Assembly: GCA_963836185.1 (NCBI GenBank)
Contig: CAWIIQ010000001.1
Span: 2,240,001-2,304,000 of the forward strand
Length of the DNA: 64,000 bases
Direction of reading: 5' to 3'
Source of the DNA: Candidatus Krumholzibacteriia bacterium
GTDB taxonomy: Bacteria > Krumholzibacteriota > Krumholzibacteriia > Krumholzibacteriales > Krumholzibacteriaceae
Numbering within the stretch: position 1 is the stretch's first letter; every line of letters begins with the position of its first letter. A program made the position numbers and the translations under genes. Of this stretch, positions 54,239 to 64,000 are shown in pieces. Below the pieces are notes generated by a model. It saw only the letters and a program-made list of their open reading frames with translations, was not told the origin of the DNA and ran no database searches.

Positions 54239-57200
54239 TTCTCCGTTAACCCGGCCTTTACAGGAACCCTGTTTTTCTCATACCCCGCCAGGCGCCCGAT
54301 CAGAACGAAAAGCATCGGGTAGAAGAAGACCCCGAGCACGGTCGCCAACAACATGCCTCCGAACAAGGACATGCCCATGACCTTCCTCGCTTCCGCTCCT
54401 GCACCTGAGGCAAATATCAGCGGCATTATGCCCAGGATGAACGAGAATGCTGTCATAAGTATCGGCCTGAACCGCAGCTTCGCCGACTTGATGGCAGCGT
54501 CGAAGAGGGAAAGCCCCCCGTCGAATTCGATTTTCGCGAATTCCACGATGAGGATCGCGTTCTTCGCGGCCATGCCGATAAGCATCACCAGCGAGATCTG
54601 GGCGAAAACGTTGGACAGATAGCTCTCGCTGAAAAGCCTCGCAACGAAGAGCGCTAGGAAGGCACCCAGGATTGCGAACGGAGTCCCCAGCAGGATGCTC
54701 AGAGGCAGAGACCAGCTCTCGTACTGCGCGGCCAGGATAAGGAAGACAAAGATCAGTGAAAAGACAAAGACGACAGCCCCTGTCCCGGAAGCCTTCTTCT
54801 CCTGGAACGACATGTCGGTCCACGCCAGAGCCATATCCGAGGGGAGTACCTTCGCAGCGACCTCTTCTATGGCTGCCATAGCCTGTGCCGATGAGTATCC
54901 TGGCGCGTTGCTCCCCTTTACCTCGATCGACCTGAAAAGGTTGAACCTGTTCACATAATCCGGCCCGGTCGATTCGCGGGTATTTACGAACGCTGACAGA
55001 GGAGCGCTGATCGCCCGCGTCGTTCCTGACAAAGAAGAGGTCCATCTTGTCCGCGTCCTGCCTGAATTCCGGCTCAGCCTGGATATAAGTCTTGTACAGG
55101 CGCCCGAACCTGTTGAAATCGTTGACATAGGCTCCTCCAAGAAAGGCTCCTATCGTGGTATAGACATTGTTGAGGGAAACTCCGGATTGTAGCACCTTGT
55201 CGCGGTCGATCTCGAGGAACCTCTGGGGAACGGCTGCCCTGAAGGTCGTGAATGCAGAGCCGATCTCCGGCCGCTGCGTCAGTTCCCGGATCAGCCCGGC
55301 AGTCTGTAGTGAGAGGTACTCGGGGGTGTTCCCGCCCCTGTCCTGGACCATCATCGAGAAGCCCGATCCGTTGCCCAGGCCCGGGATAGGCGGTGGGCCG
55401 AAGGCGAAGACCTGCCCCTCCTTGAACCCGGCACTGAACTCTCTGTTGAGGCTCCTGATGATCTCATTGGCCGTCCTGTCCCTGTCGCTCCACTCCCTGA
55501 GGCTGACGGCGACGAAACCGCCGTTCGTAGACATGGTGCCCGAGAGCATGCTGTATCCCGTCGCAGTGGTATAGTACGAGACCTCCTCGTATTTCTTGAG
55601 GGTCTCCTCCACTTTTTTCATCACTGCGTCGCTCCTCTGAAGAGACGCGGCGTCGGGCAGCTGCATGTTGATAAAGAGATAGCCCAGGTCCTCGTCAGGC
55701 ATGAACCCGGTCGGAAGAACGATCCCGAGAATCACCATAGCGATGATGGCGATGCCGATAAAGGCCACGCCGCGCTTTATCCTTCGCGTCAGGATATTTG
55801 TCAGCCCCATGTAGGAGCCGGATGATTTCTCGTAGACCTTCTCGAACCATGTGAAGAACTTGCCAAGCGGTCCGCCGTAAGGCTTCGATTTCCTCAGCAG
55901 GATAGAGCAGAGGGCCGGGCTGAGCGTCAGGGCATTGAGAGACGAGAAGAGCACTGAAATAGTGACTGTTATCGCGAACTGCTGGTAAAGCCTTCCGGTG
56001 ATCCCGGCGATTCCGACGGTTGGGAGGAAGACGGCGACGAGCACGAGCGTCGTCGCGATCACGGGCGCCATCACCTCTCGTATCGCCTTGTTAGTGGCTT
56101 CCTTCGCGTCCATCCCCTTTTCGATGTTCACCTGGACCGCCTCGGTCACGACGATCGCGTCATCCACAACGATACCGATCGCGAGGACAAGTCCAAGAAG
56201 AGAGAGCACGTTGATCGTGAACCCGAGCATAGGGAAGACGATGAATGCGCCGATCAGTGAGACGGGGATAGCTACCGTCGGAATCAGGGTGGCCCGCCAG
56301 TCCTGTATGAATACGAATACGACCAGTATTACGAGTACCAGGGCGATAAGCAGGGTCACGATGATCTCATCGATGCCGGCCGTGATCGCTTGTGTGGAAT
56401 CAAAGGATATATCGTACCTGATCCCTTCCGGGAAGGACCTGGTCATCGTCTCCATCGCCGCGCGTACCTGCTCCGCGAGCTGTACCGCATTCGAACCGGG
56501 GGCCTGGTAAAGGGCGATCATTGCGCATTCCTGGCCGTTCATCCTCGTGAAGGCAAGATAACTCTCGACTCCCAGCTCGACCCGCGCCAGGTCCCTGATC
56601 TTAACCTGGGCGCCGCTGTCGCTTGTGCGTACGACTATATCCCCGAATTCCTCCTCGGTCTGAAGCCTGTCGGGGAGCTTGACCGTGTAGGTGAACTCGG
56701 TACCGGGAGGAGCAGGCTCGGCTCCGAACCTTCCACCCGGGACGATGACACTCTGGGCCTTTATCGCATCGACGATCTCGGGTACCGTGATCCCGAGCTG
56801 CGCCAGCCGATCGGGCCTTATCCATATCCGCATCGAGTAGTCGGACGCTCCCATAACATCGACACGCCCGATACCAGTGATGCGGGCGAGCATATCCTTG
56901 ATGTTGATCAGTGCGTAATTTCCGAGGAAATCCTGGTCGTATCGGTCGCCCTCCGACGTCAACGCTATCAGCATCATCATGTTGGGCATCGATTTCTCGG
57001 TCGTGACACCGGTCCTCTTTACTTCCTCGGGCAGTTTAGCCGTCGCGGAGGCGACCCTGTTCTGCGTGAACACGGTGTTCATGTCGGGATCGGTTCCGAC
57101 GTCGAACGAGACATTGATCGTCATCTGGCCGTCGTTCGAGTTCGTCGACTTCATGTAGATCATTTTTTCAACGCCGTTGATCTGCTGCTCGAGAGGAGTG

Positions 57201-57385
57201 GCGACGGACTGCTCCACGCTCATGGCGTTGGCGCCCGTATAGTTTGCCTTGACCGAGACCACCGGCGGGGTGATATCAGGGTACTGCTCAGTCGGAAGCG
57301 TCCTGAGAGATATGAGGCCGACGATGATGATCACAACGGCGATCACCATAGCGACTATGGGCCTGCGTACGAAGAAATAGTCCAT
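54235..57385 (-). CDS. RND efflux permease (HAE1 family; frameshift near 55010)
   Basis: FFVRRPIVA, EQYPDITPP, GIVVDDAIVV; the second frame carries KNAILIVEFA and RFRPILMT. Confidence 0.93.
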
Positions 57386-57400
57386 TAGTGCCTGCTGCCG

Positions 57401-58549
57401 TCAGTCGGATGTTACGGGTCTGATATCTTTTACCAGGGGGATAACCTTCATGCCGGGCCTTATCCATTGAAGCCCTTCATAGACGACCAGTTCTCCCGCT
57501 TCCAGTCCGCTCGTGATCACCCGGAAATCGTCGGTCGTGGGACCGGTGACCACATCCCTGTTTTCCACGGTGCCGTCTTCGCCCACGACGAAGATACTGA
57601 AGCGGCCCTGGATCTCGCTGATGCACCTCTGTGGGATCTTGATGCCGTTCTCGATCAGTCTTACCTGCGACCTGATCCTTACAAAGAGTCCTGTCCTCAG
57701 CAGCTCGTTCGGATTGGGAAAGGAGCCCTGGATCAGGATCGCCCCGGTCGCCGGGTCTATGCCCCTGTCTATGAAATCGATCTTTCCCCTGTGTTCATAT
57801 TTCGATCCATCCGTCAGGATCATCTCGAGCTGATCGACACTTCCCGACATGCTTAGCTCGCTGAGCTTTGCACCCGAGAAACGGGCTACCTGAAGATACT
57901 GACGCTCCGTGATGAAAAACTCGACCAGCATCGTGTCGATTCTGGAGACGACGTTGAGGATGACAGGATTCGGGCTCCGGCCGACGAAATCGCCGACCTT
58001 CGCCTGCGTCTTTCCTATAACGCCTTCGATAGGGGAATATACGGTAGTGTATCCGAGCTGGATCTTCGATGCCCTCAGGTTCGCGTTCGCCGCATCGACA
58101 GAGGCCAGGGCCGCTTCATACATCGCGACAGCGGAATCGAGATCACTCTGGCTAACGGCCTTCTGCTCGGCGAGCGGGCGTATCCTCGCCAGGTCGCTCT
58201 CGGCCTTGGCGAGCATCGTCTTCGCCTCGGCCACCATGCTCATCTTCGCTGCCACATCCGCCTCGAAGGGCTGGCTCTCCAGTGTGTAGAGGAGATCCCC
58301 CTCGCTGACACGCGACCCCTCCCGGAAATGTATCCCCTCGAGGAACCCTTCCACCCGGGCCCTTATGGCGATATCCTTGTACCCGTAGAGCTGTCCTATG
58401 AATTCATGGAAGACCGGTATATCGCTCTCGGTGACCTGATACACCTCGATCTCCTGAGGCTGATCCTGCGCCATATTATCGCCACCGCAGGACAGGACCG
58501 GCAGCAGGAGCAGGAAAGCCAAGTATCGCAACCTGGTATTAGGTCTCAT
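57401..58549 (-). CDS. RND efflux membrane-fusion lipoprotein
   Basis: Lipobox VLSC, IRARVEGFL, LGYT.V.SPI.G, SGL..GE.VV.EG. Confidence 0.93.
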   Translation of the reverse strand: MRPNTRLRYLAFLLLLPVLSCGGDNMAQDQPQEIEVYQVTESDIPVFHEFIGQLYGYKDIAIRARVEGFLEGIHFREGSRVSEGDLLYTLESQPFEADVAAKMSMVAEAKTMLAKAESDLARIRPLAEQKAVSQSDLDSAVAMYEAALASVDAANANLRASKIQLGYTTVYSPIEGVIGKTQAKVGDFVGRSPNPVILNVVSRIDTMLVEFFITERQYLQVARFSGAKLSELSMSGSVDQLEMILTDGSKYEHRGKIDFIDRGIDPATGAILIQGSFPNPNELLRTGLFVRIRSQVRLIENGIKIPQRCISEIQGRFSIFVVGEDGTVENRDVVTGPTTDDFRVITSGLEAGELVVYEGLQWIRPGMKVIPLVKDIRPVTSD

Positions 58550-58726
58550 CGTTCCCCGACAATTATTCAAAGGACCGGACCATCAATTACGGGATTTACC
58601 TGAATCTACGTGAAAATAATTTTAACTTAAAATGATCACGGTGAACAAGAAATTAATTGAATTGTATTTACTAAAGTTCAGAATAGTTACTCGTTCGATT
58701 ACTGATTTAGTGTCAGTGTCTATTCC

Positions 58727-60346
58727 ATGCATGATATAGTCATCTCTGATGATTCTCGGGCATCAGATGAACTGGCTGGTATGAAACGAGTTGTAAAAGA
58801 TAAGCGACTGGACCTCGTCACTGCGGCGGTCCTGATGATCTCTGCGATGCTGGCAGGGTCGGCCTTTATATATCGCGGGGGGATGAGCGAACCCGATTCG
58901 GTCGTGATGGCGGCCGGCATGGCGAGGATAGCAGCTGGAGGATCTCTTTCCAGCTGCATGCTCTATGGAAAGTACCTCAACCCGGGCATATATATCGTGT
59001 TCAAGATGATCCATCCGTTATTCGTCCGTTCTCCCGGAGATACGATACCCTTTCTAAACATGCTCGGCGTGCTGAGCTTCTCGCTTTGCATCAGCCTCTT
59101 CTACCTCCTCCTGCGCAGGAGGTTCGACAGGACCGTCGCTGTCTGCGGCGCGCTGACCACAATGATGACGCCTGTATTCTGGGAAACGGGGACATATTTC
59201 CATCCGATCGTACCGGCGCTGGCGCTCCTTACCGGATCGATCCTCCTCTTCGACCGGATCTCGTCCTCGCCTTCCGGGATCATCTCTTTTCTGGCGGTGA
59301 CAACTCTCGCCAGCGCCTCAGCGGTGATGAGAAACGAGGTGCTCTTCGCCGTCCCGGCCCTTCTTGCCGCAGCGGCTCTCAGCGAGCGGCCGGCACGGAA
59401 CATCGGCCTTGTCGCAGTGATCTCATTGATGTCCGGCCTGGCTTTTCTGTCGGTGGCCCGGGCAGTCTCGGTTGAGGGACAGGAAGGCCTGACCGGTTTC
59501 TCTGGAGGATTCTCCTCCACGCTGGCCGGAGAAGCTTCGCTGAAGGGGCTGCTCAGAACGGTTCCATGGGCCGTGATGGTCGTGGGTACAGCTTCGATAC
59601 TTCTCGCGGCATGGGGAACTCTCAGCCGCCTTGTCGGTCGAAATACCGGCAGGGCCGGAGAACGCTCCATCACGATCCTGGTCCCGGCCCTTCTCTGGGC
59701 AGTTCCCGTGATCCTCATTTGGCTGCTGTGGCCCGTACCGGTCGTGAGACACTACTTCTTCGCCGTCCCGGCGATCGTCTACCTGCTTGCCGCGACCCTG
59801 CTGTCGGGGCGCGGGAAACGTACAGTCATACTGATAACCGCCGCGGTCATCGCGATTAATCTCGGCCTTCCCGAGCTCCTCTACAGGACCTACAACTCGA
59901 CCAGGCAAGGCCACGCAAAAGAACCTCACGGCACCTTCTTCTACAGGCATTCACTGGTACAGAATCGGATAGATAGATATCAGACCCTGATCGATGCGAT
60001 CACCTCCTTCTCGGAGACCGGGCAGAAAGATGAACCGCTGCTTGTCATCGTACCGGGGAACTGGGAGATATACGGCTACACGGCCTACTCCCTCGCCGGC
60101 CGCTCCACTCCTTCCGGATTCGATAGCGGCACCACGGCCGGAATCGATACGCACGATTTCGAAACGGCCGGATCGCCGATAAGGCTCATCGTCTCGGGCC
60201 GGTTCGACTTTGACAGGATCGAAGAAGAGACACTCCTCGCGATAGAGAGATCAGCCACCCCGGGATGCGTCTTGCTGCTGCCCGCCGGGATAAGGGATAT
60301 TGTAGCGGCCAGGCTTCCGGCCGACATCGAGATCGCTGTATACTGA
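58727..60346 (+). CDS. Polytopic membrane protein, probable GT-C fold glycosyltransferase
   Basis: TM1 followed by an acidic EPD loop, about 11 TMs, RHYFFAVP motif and a C-terminal soluble domain; start may be 58781. Confidence 0.55.
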   Translation: MHDIVISDDSRASDELAGMKRVVKDKRLDLVTAAVLMISAMLAGSAFIYRGGMSEPDSVVMAAGMARIAAGGSLSSCMLYGKYLNPGIYIVFKMIHPLFVRSPGDTIPFLNMLGVLSFSLCISLFYLLLRRRFDRTVAVCGALTTMMTPVFWETGTYFHPIVPALALLTGSILLFDRISSSPSGIISFLAVTTLASASAVMRNEVLFAVPALLAAAALSERPARNIGLVAVISLMSGLAFLSVARAVSVEGQEGLTGFSGGFSSTLAGEASLKGLLRTVPWAVMVVGTASILLAAWGTLSRLVGRNTGRAGERSITILVPALLWAVPVILIWLLWPVPVVRHYFFAVPAIVYLLAATLLSGRGKRTVILITAAVIAINLGLPELLYRTYNSTRQGHAKEPHGTFFYRHSLVQNRIDRYQTLIDAITSFSETGQKDEPLLVIVPGNWEIYGYTAYSLAGRSTPSGFDSGTTAGIDTHDFETAGSPIRLIVSGRFDFDRIEEETLLAIERSATPGCVLLLPAGIRDIVAARLPADIEIAVY

Positions 60347-60377
60347 AGTACGGTATGCCCCCTCGGGTCTACCCGCA

Positions 60378-60406
60378 TTGACAGAGAGGCTCCGTTCCAA
60401 TAGAAT
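60378..60406 (+). promoter_or_regulatory. sigma70 promoter
   Basis: TTGACA, 17 bp spacer, TAGAAT. Confidence 0.7.
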
Positions 60407-60420
60407 CGGCCCTGAAGCAT

Positions 60421-62304
60421 ATGAAACAGGACACGCATAAGAACAGGATCGACAAGCACCTGATACTCTTCGCGGCGATAATCATCGCCGCGACAGTGAT
60501 CCGTGCGATCTGGCTCGTGCAGCTTTCCGCCTCACAGCTCGCAGCTGAATTATCGATAGATTCTGAGTTCTACTGGAATCTGGCCGTCGACATCCTCAGC
60601 GGCAAGGGAATACCGGCTGGAGCCCTCACCTTCAATCCTCTCTACCCGATCTTTCTCGTATCCGTCATTGGTATCTTCGGCAAGACGCTGGTAGCCGTGA
60701 GGATAGTCCAGTCGGTCCTCGGCCTGCTCACTCTCGTGCTCATATATATAGCCGGAAGGATGCTCGGTGATGATATCGAGAGGAAGGATATATCTGGCAG
60801 GACGCTCGGCCTGACCGCGATGGCCATGGCGGCGCTCTACCCGCAGTTCTTTCTCTATGAGGGCATGCTGCTAAGTTCGACCCTCGAGATATTTCTGCTC
60901 ATCGCTTCGTTCGCCCTCGCCCTGGCGGTGGACAGGGAGCTTCATGGCACAGGGACCCTGCGCATCGCTTCAAGAAAGATCCCGGTGTGGGCCGCCTCGC
61001 TTCTCCTCGGCCTGATATGCGGAGCGGGTGCGCTCGGCAGGCCGAATCTCTTCCTGCTTCTAGCGGCCGGGATCCCTGTATGGATCATCATGAGAAACAG
61101 GCGCGGATCGCGGTGGGCAGCGCCGGTCATCGGTTTTACCGCCGGAGCCGCACTGCTTCTGCTTCCCCCGGCGATCCACAATTTCAGGCACACGGGTAAA
61201 TTCGTCCCTGTGACGACTCACGGCGGGATCAATTTCTACATCGGAAACAGGCCGGGCACCGAAGGCGTATACAACCCTCCCGCCGGTATGCGCGGCGCGA
61301 TGCGAGGACTTATCGAGGATTCACGCGCGCTTGCCGAGAAAGAGACCGGACACAGCATGACCGATGGAGAGGCGTCGGACTACTACATGGATAAGACCAT
61401 GAGGAGCATATCGGGGGACCCTGTGGGCTGGATCGTTCTGGTCGGGAAAAAGGGCATGCTCTTCTGGAACAGGATCGAAGTGCACGACATGCCGGAGGTC
61501 CTCTATTTTGAGGAGACTCTTCCCGTTTTCCGATTTCCCTTCTTGCCCTACTCGATCATCGCTTCACTGAGTCTCGTCGGTCTGATCGTTTTCCTTAAAG
61601 GCAGAACGAACAGGAGTGTCGTATGCCTCTTTATCGGCGCGTCCCTCCTGTCCGTCCTGCTTTTCTACGTAAATACAAGGTATCGTCTGCCGATCGTACC
61701 GGTCCTGATCATTCTCGCTGCCCTGCTTCTGAACCGGGCCGCCGGCGAGATATCCCGAAAGCGATATAGGACCGTCGGCTATATGGCCGCAGCGGTAATC
61801 GCCGTCTTCCTGCTGATCTCGAACAGGAGCTTCGTCGAAGCCAACCGCGGATCGGTCTACACATATCTGGGAACGTACTATATCAACGCCGGAGAGCAGG
61901 AGAAGGCGGCCGAGGCATTCGCCCGGGCCTACCGGATCGATCCCGATCGCGATACCTCGATGGTCAACCACGCTAGGATGCTTATGATGCAGGGACAATA
62001 CGAGCAGGCCGCGAGGATCTTCTCTAGAGCTTACGCTCTGAATCCCCGTTATCCCGGGCTGGCGATCGAATACGCATTTACACTTCAGAGACTCGGGCAA
62101 CTCGACGATGCTTCGAGGCTGGCCCTCGCTGTCTTTTCTTCAGGGAGCCCGGAGGAAAAGGTGACCGCCTGCAAGATCCTCTCGACTGCTGCTTTCTTCA
62201 AGAACGATATGGCATCCGCGAAGAAGTGGGCAAGGGAAGGCTTGAGACTCTCTCCCGAGGACAGGGAACTCGGGCAGATGCTCGAGTCGCTGCCTGACGA
62301 ATAA
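60421..62304 (+). CDS. GT39/ArnT-like (GT-C) glycosyltransferase with C-terminal TPR repeats
   Basis: DSEFY..LA, PLYP.FL, RPN, GGINFYIGN, RYRLP; TPR-like helices at the C-terminus. Confidence 0.82.
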   Translation: MKQDTHKNRIDKHLILFAAIIIAATVIRAIWLVQLSASQLAAELSIDSEFYWNLAVDILSGKGIPAGALTFNPLYPIFLVSVIGIFGKTLVAVRIVQSVLGLLTLVLIYIAGRMLGDDIERKDISGRTLGLTAMAMAALYPQFFLYEGMLLSSTLEIFLLIASFALALAVDRELHGTGTLRIASRKIPVWAASLLLGLICGAGALGRPNLFLLLAAGIPVWIIMRNRRGSRWAAPVIGFTAGAALLLLPPAIHNFRHTGKFVPVTTHGGINFYIGNRPGTEGVYNPPAGMRGAMRGLIEDSRALAEKETGHSMTDGEASDYYMDKTMRSISGDPVGWIVLVGKKGMLFWNRIEVHDMPEVLYFEETLPVFRFPFLPYSIIASLSLVGLIVFLKGRTNRSVVCLFIGASLLSVLLFYVNTRYRLPIVPVLIILAALLLNRAAGEISRKRYRTVGYMAAAVIAVFLLISNRSFVEANRGSVYTYLGTYYINAGEQEKAAEAFARAYRIDPDRDTSMVNHARMLMMQGQYEQAARIFSRAYALNPRYPGLAIEYAFTLQRLGQLDDASRLALAVFSSGSPEEKVTACKILSTAAFFKNDMASAKKWAREGLRLSPEDRELGQMLESLPDE

Positions 62305-62326
62305 TGATCTGTTCGCTGTTCTCCGA

Positions 62327-63316
62327 TCAGTGCCGACTGGTCACCACCGGTCGGAATCCGAGGAGCCAGATCGTGTTGTCAGGCGGGTTCCAGCTCCGCA
62401 CGGACGAAGAGCAGAAACTGGCAGAGTAACTCCAGGATCCGCCGCGCACGATCCGTTCTGTGCCGGTTCCGGGGCCCACCGGGTCGGTCTCGGCCCCGCC
62501 GCCGTAATCCGCGTACCAGTCGTTGCACCATTCCCAGAGATTGCCGTGCATGTCGGAGAGGCCGAATCCGTTCGGAAGGTAGCTTCCTACCGCGACGATA
62601 CTTCCAAGATACGGTCCCGTGCGGCATCCCGGGGCGGGCTGCGTGCCGTCATAGTTTGCCTCGGTGGCAGAATCCAGGCAGATGCCTGTGCTGAACATCG
62701 TCTGGGTCCCCGCCCGGCAGGCGTGTTCCCACTCCGCCTCTGCAGGAAGGCGGAATCCGCGGGCGCTGTATGGGTCGCCGTCATTGCAGAGCCAGGACGA
62801 GTGATCGTATGCTCGACGCAGCCCCTCGCGGAGGCTCAGCCAGTCACAGTATGCCGCGGCCCCATACCAGCTCACATACCTGACCGGAAGCTCATCCCTT
62901 CCGGGAACAACGGCGAAGGTGTCCGCGGCGAATGTGACTCCGTCCTGCACTCGAATATACGCCAGCTGCGAGGTCGACCCGTCAAGTGCATCGTAGATGC
63001 CATTCGCATCGGCTGTACAGTATCCTCTGTCGTGCGCCCACTGGGCCAGCTCCGCATACTGAGCGTTTGTGACCTCGGTCCGGGACATATGGAATGACCG
63101 TGTCAGGATAACTTCGTGAACGGTGTCTCCGCCCATTTGGAATGTGTCGGCCGCAATCAGCACGAAATAGTCGGGCGGGGCGTAAGGTTCAGGATCTGGC
63201 GTCACGCCATCGTCATCACCGCACCCCGAAAGAAGGACCGCAACGGAAATCGCGATGACCGTTAATACCAATGACCCTGAAGATCTCGAGTCTGCATCCG
63301 TTCCGAAAAGCTTCAT
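62327..63316 (-). CDS. FGE-sulfatase (SUMF1 / C-type lectin fold) domain lipoprotein
   Basis: Lipobox LLSGC; TEVTNAQY, PV..VSW, RLP.EAEWE.ACRAG, DMHGNLWEW, RGGSW, GFR. Confidence 0.9.
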   Translation of the reverse strand: MKLFGTDADSRSSGSLVLTVIAISVAVLLSGCGDDDGVTPDPEPYAPPDYFVLIAADTFQMGGDTVHEVILTRSFHMSRTEVTNAQYAELAQWAHDRGYCTADANGIYDALDGSTSQLAYIRVQDGVTFAADTFAVVPGRDELPVRYVSWYGAAAYCDWLSLREGLRRAYDHSSWLCNDGDPYSARGFRLPAEAEWEHACRAGTQTMFSTGICLDSATEANYDGTQPAPGCRTGPYLGSIVAVGSYLPNGFGLSDMHGNLWEWCNDWYADYGGGAETDPVGPGTGTERIVRGGSWSYSASFCSSSVRSWNPPDNTIWLLGFRPVVTSRH

Positions 63317-63443
63317 GGCCTCTCCTTTGATCAGAGAACCAACTGCGTCGAGAACTTAAACGCCAATCAGAATGCTCCCTGCCGGAGGCAACGTCAATAA
63401 ATATATATCAGATAAAGACCTACTGTAAAAGTAGTTATATAAC

Positions 63444-63475
63444 AAAAGAGAGCCGCTCGAATGAGCGGCTCTCTT
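63444..63475 (-). terminator. rRNA operon terminator
   Basis: AAGAGAGCCGCTC-gaat-GAGCGGCTCTCTT directly after 5S, with a T tail on the minus strand. Confidence 0.88.
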
Positions 63476-63480
63476 CAATA

Positions 63481-63596
<116 letters not shown>

Positions 63597-63662
63597 AAAA
63601 CTTTACATGACAAACAGAATCGGGTAATGGAAGGACATTTTTACGAGATCAGGTAAAAAAAC

Positions 63663-64000
<338 letters not shown>

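Noticed and set aside
52826-58549. RND pump as part of the tes lipid-export locus
   Set aside because: It looks like an ordinary HAE1 tripartite efflux system, not an MmpL/HpnN-type lipid transporter. Only adjacency links it.
58560-58726. AT-rich tract as a horizontal-transfer boundary
   Set aside because: It is consistent with a divergent promoter region; no att site, tRNA or flanking repeats are seen.
62327-62460. C-terminus of the FGE-sulfatase protein as a diversity-generating retroelement variable region
   Set aside because: The fold is a common DGR target, but I found no template repeat or reverse transcriptase in the window. It also lacks the catalytic Cys pair of a true formylglycine-generating enzyme.

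Overview
GC-rich bacterial chromosome segment from a diderm organism (Omp85, LolA-like, RND and Wzz-like genes). An FCB-group lineage such as Ca. Krumholzibacteriota is my guess from gene style, not something the sequence proves. Layout: 1-18 kb is an intact housekeeping block (AGCS symporter, yraN, rnhB, rplS, trmD, rimM, khpA, rpsP, ffh, rpe, PASTA protein, fmt, def, yajC, tgt, queA, ruvBAC, yebC, EF-G2); 18-63 kb is mostly envelope and accessory genes; the window ends in the 3' end of an rRNA operon (5S and partial 23S, minus strand). Many accessory genes are broken by single-base indels that look like long-read errors, and I reconstructed them across frames. Top candidates: (1) a bacterial homolog of the archaeal tetraether lipid synthase Tes/GDGT-MAS, with all four metal-site motifs and an apparently duplicated N-terminal rubredoxin-like module; it lies directly downstream of a co-oriented lipoprotein / ABC permease / ATPase / DedA / LolA-like cluster and converges on a second radical SAM gene, suggesting a membrane-spanning-lipid synthesis and export locus; (2) a ~1000-aa exported phospholipase D-like protein with a beta-rich N-terminus, coupled to an Omp85 gene; (3) an orphan structured ncRNA between a perfect TTGACA-17-TATAAT promoter and a terminator; (4) a promoter, leaderless uORF and terminator leader in front of a glycosyltransferase operon.
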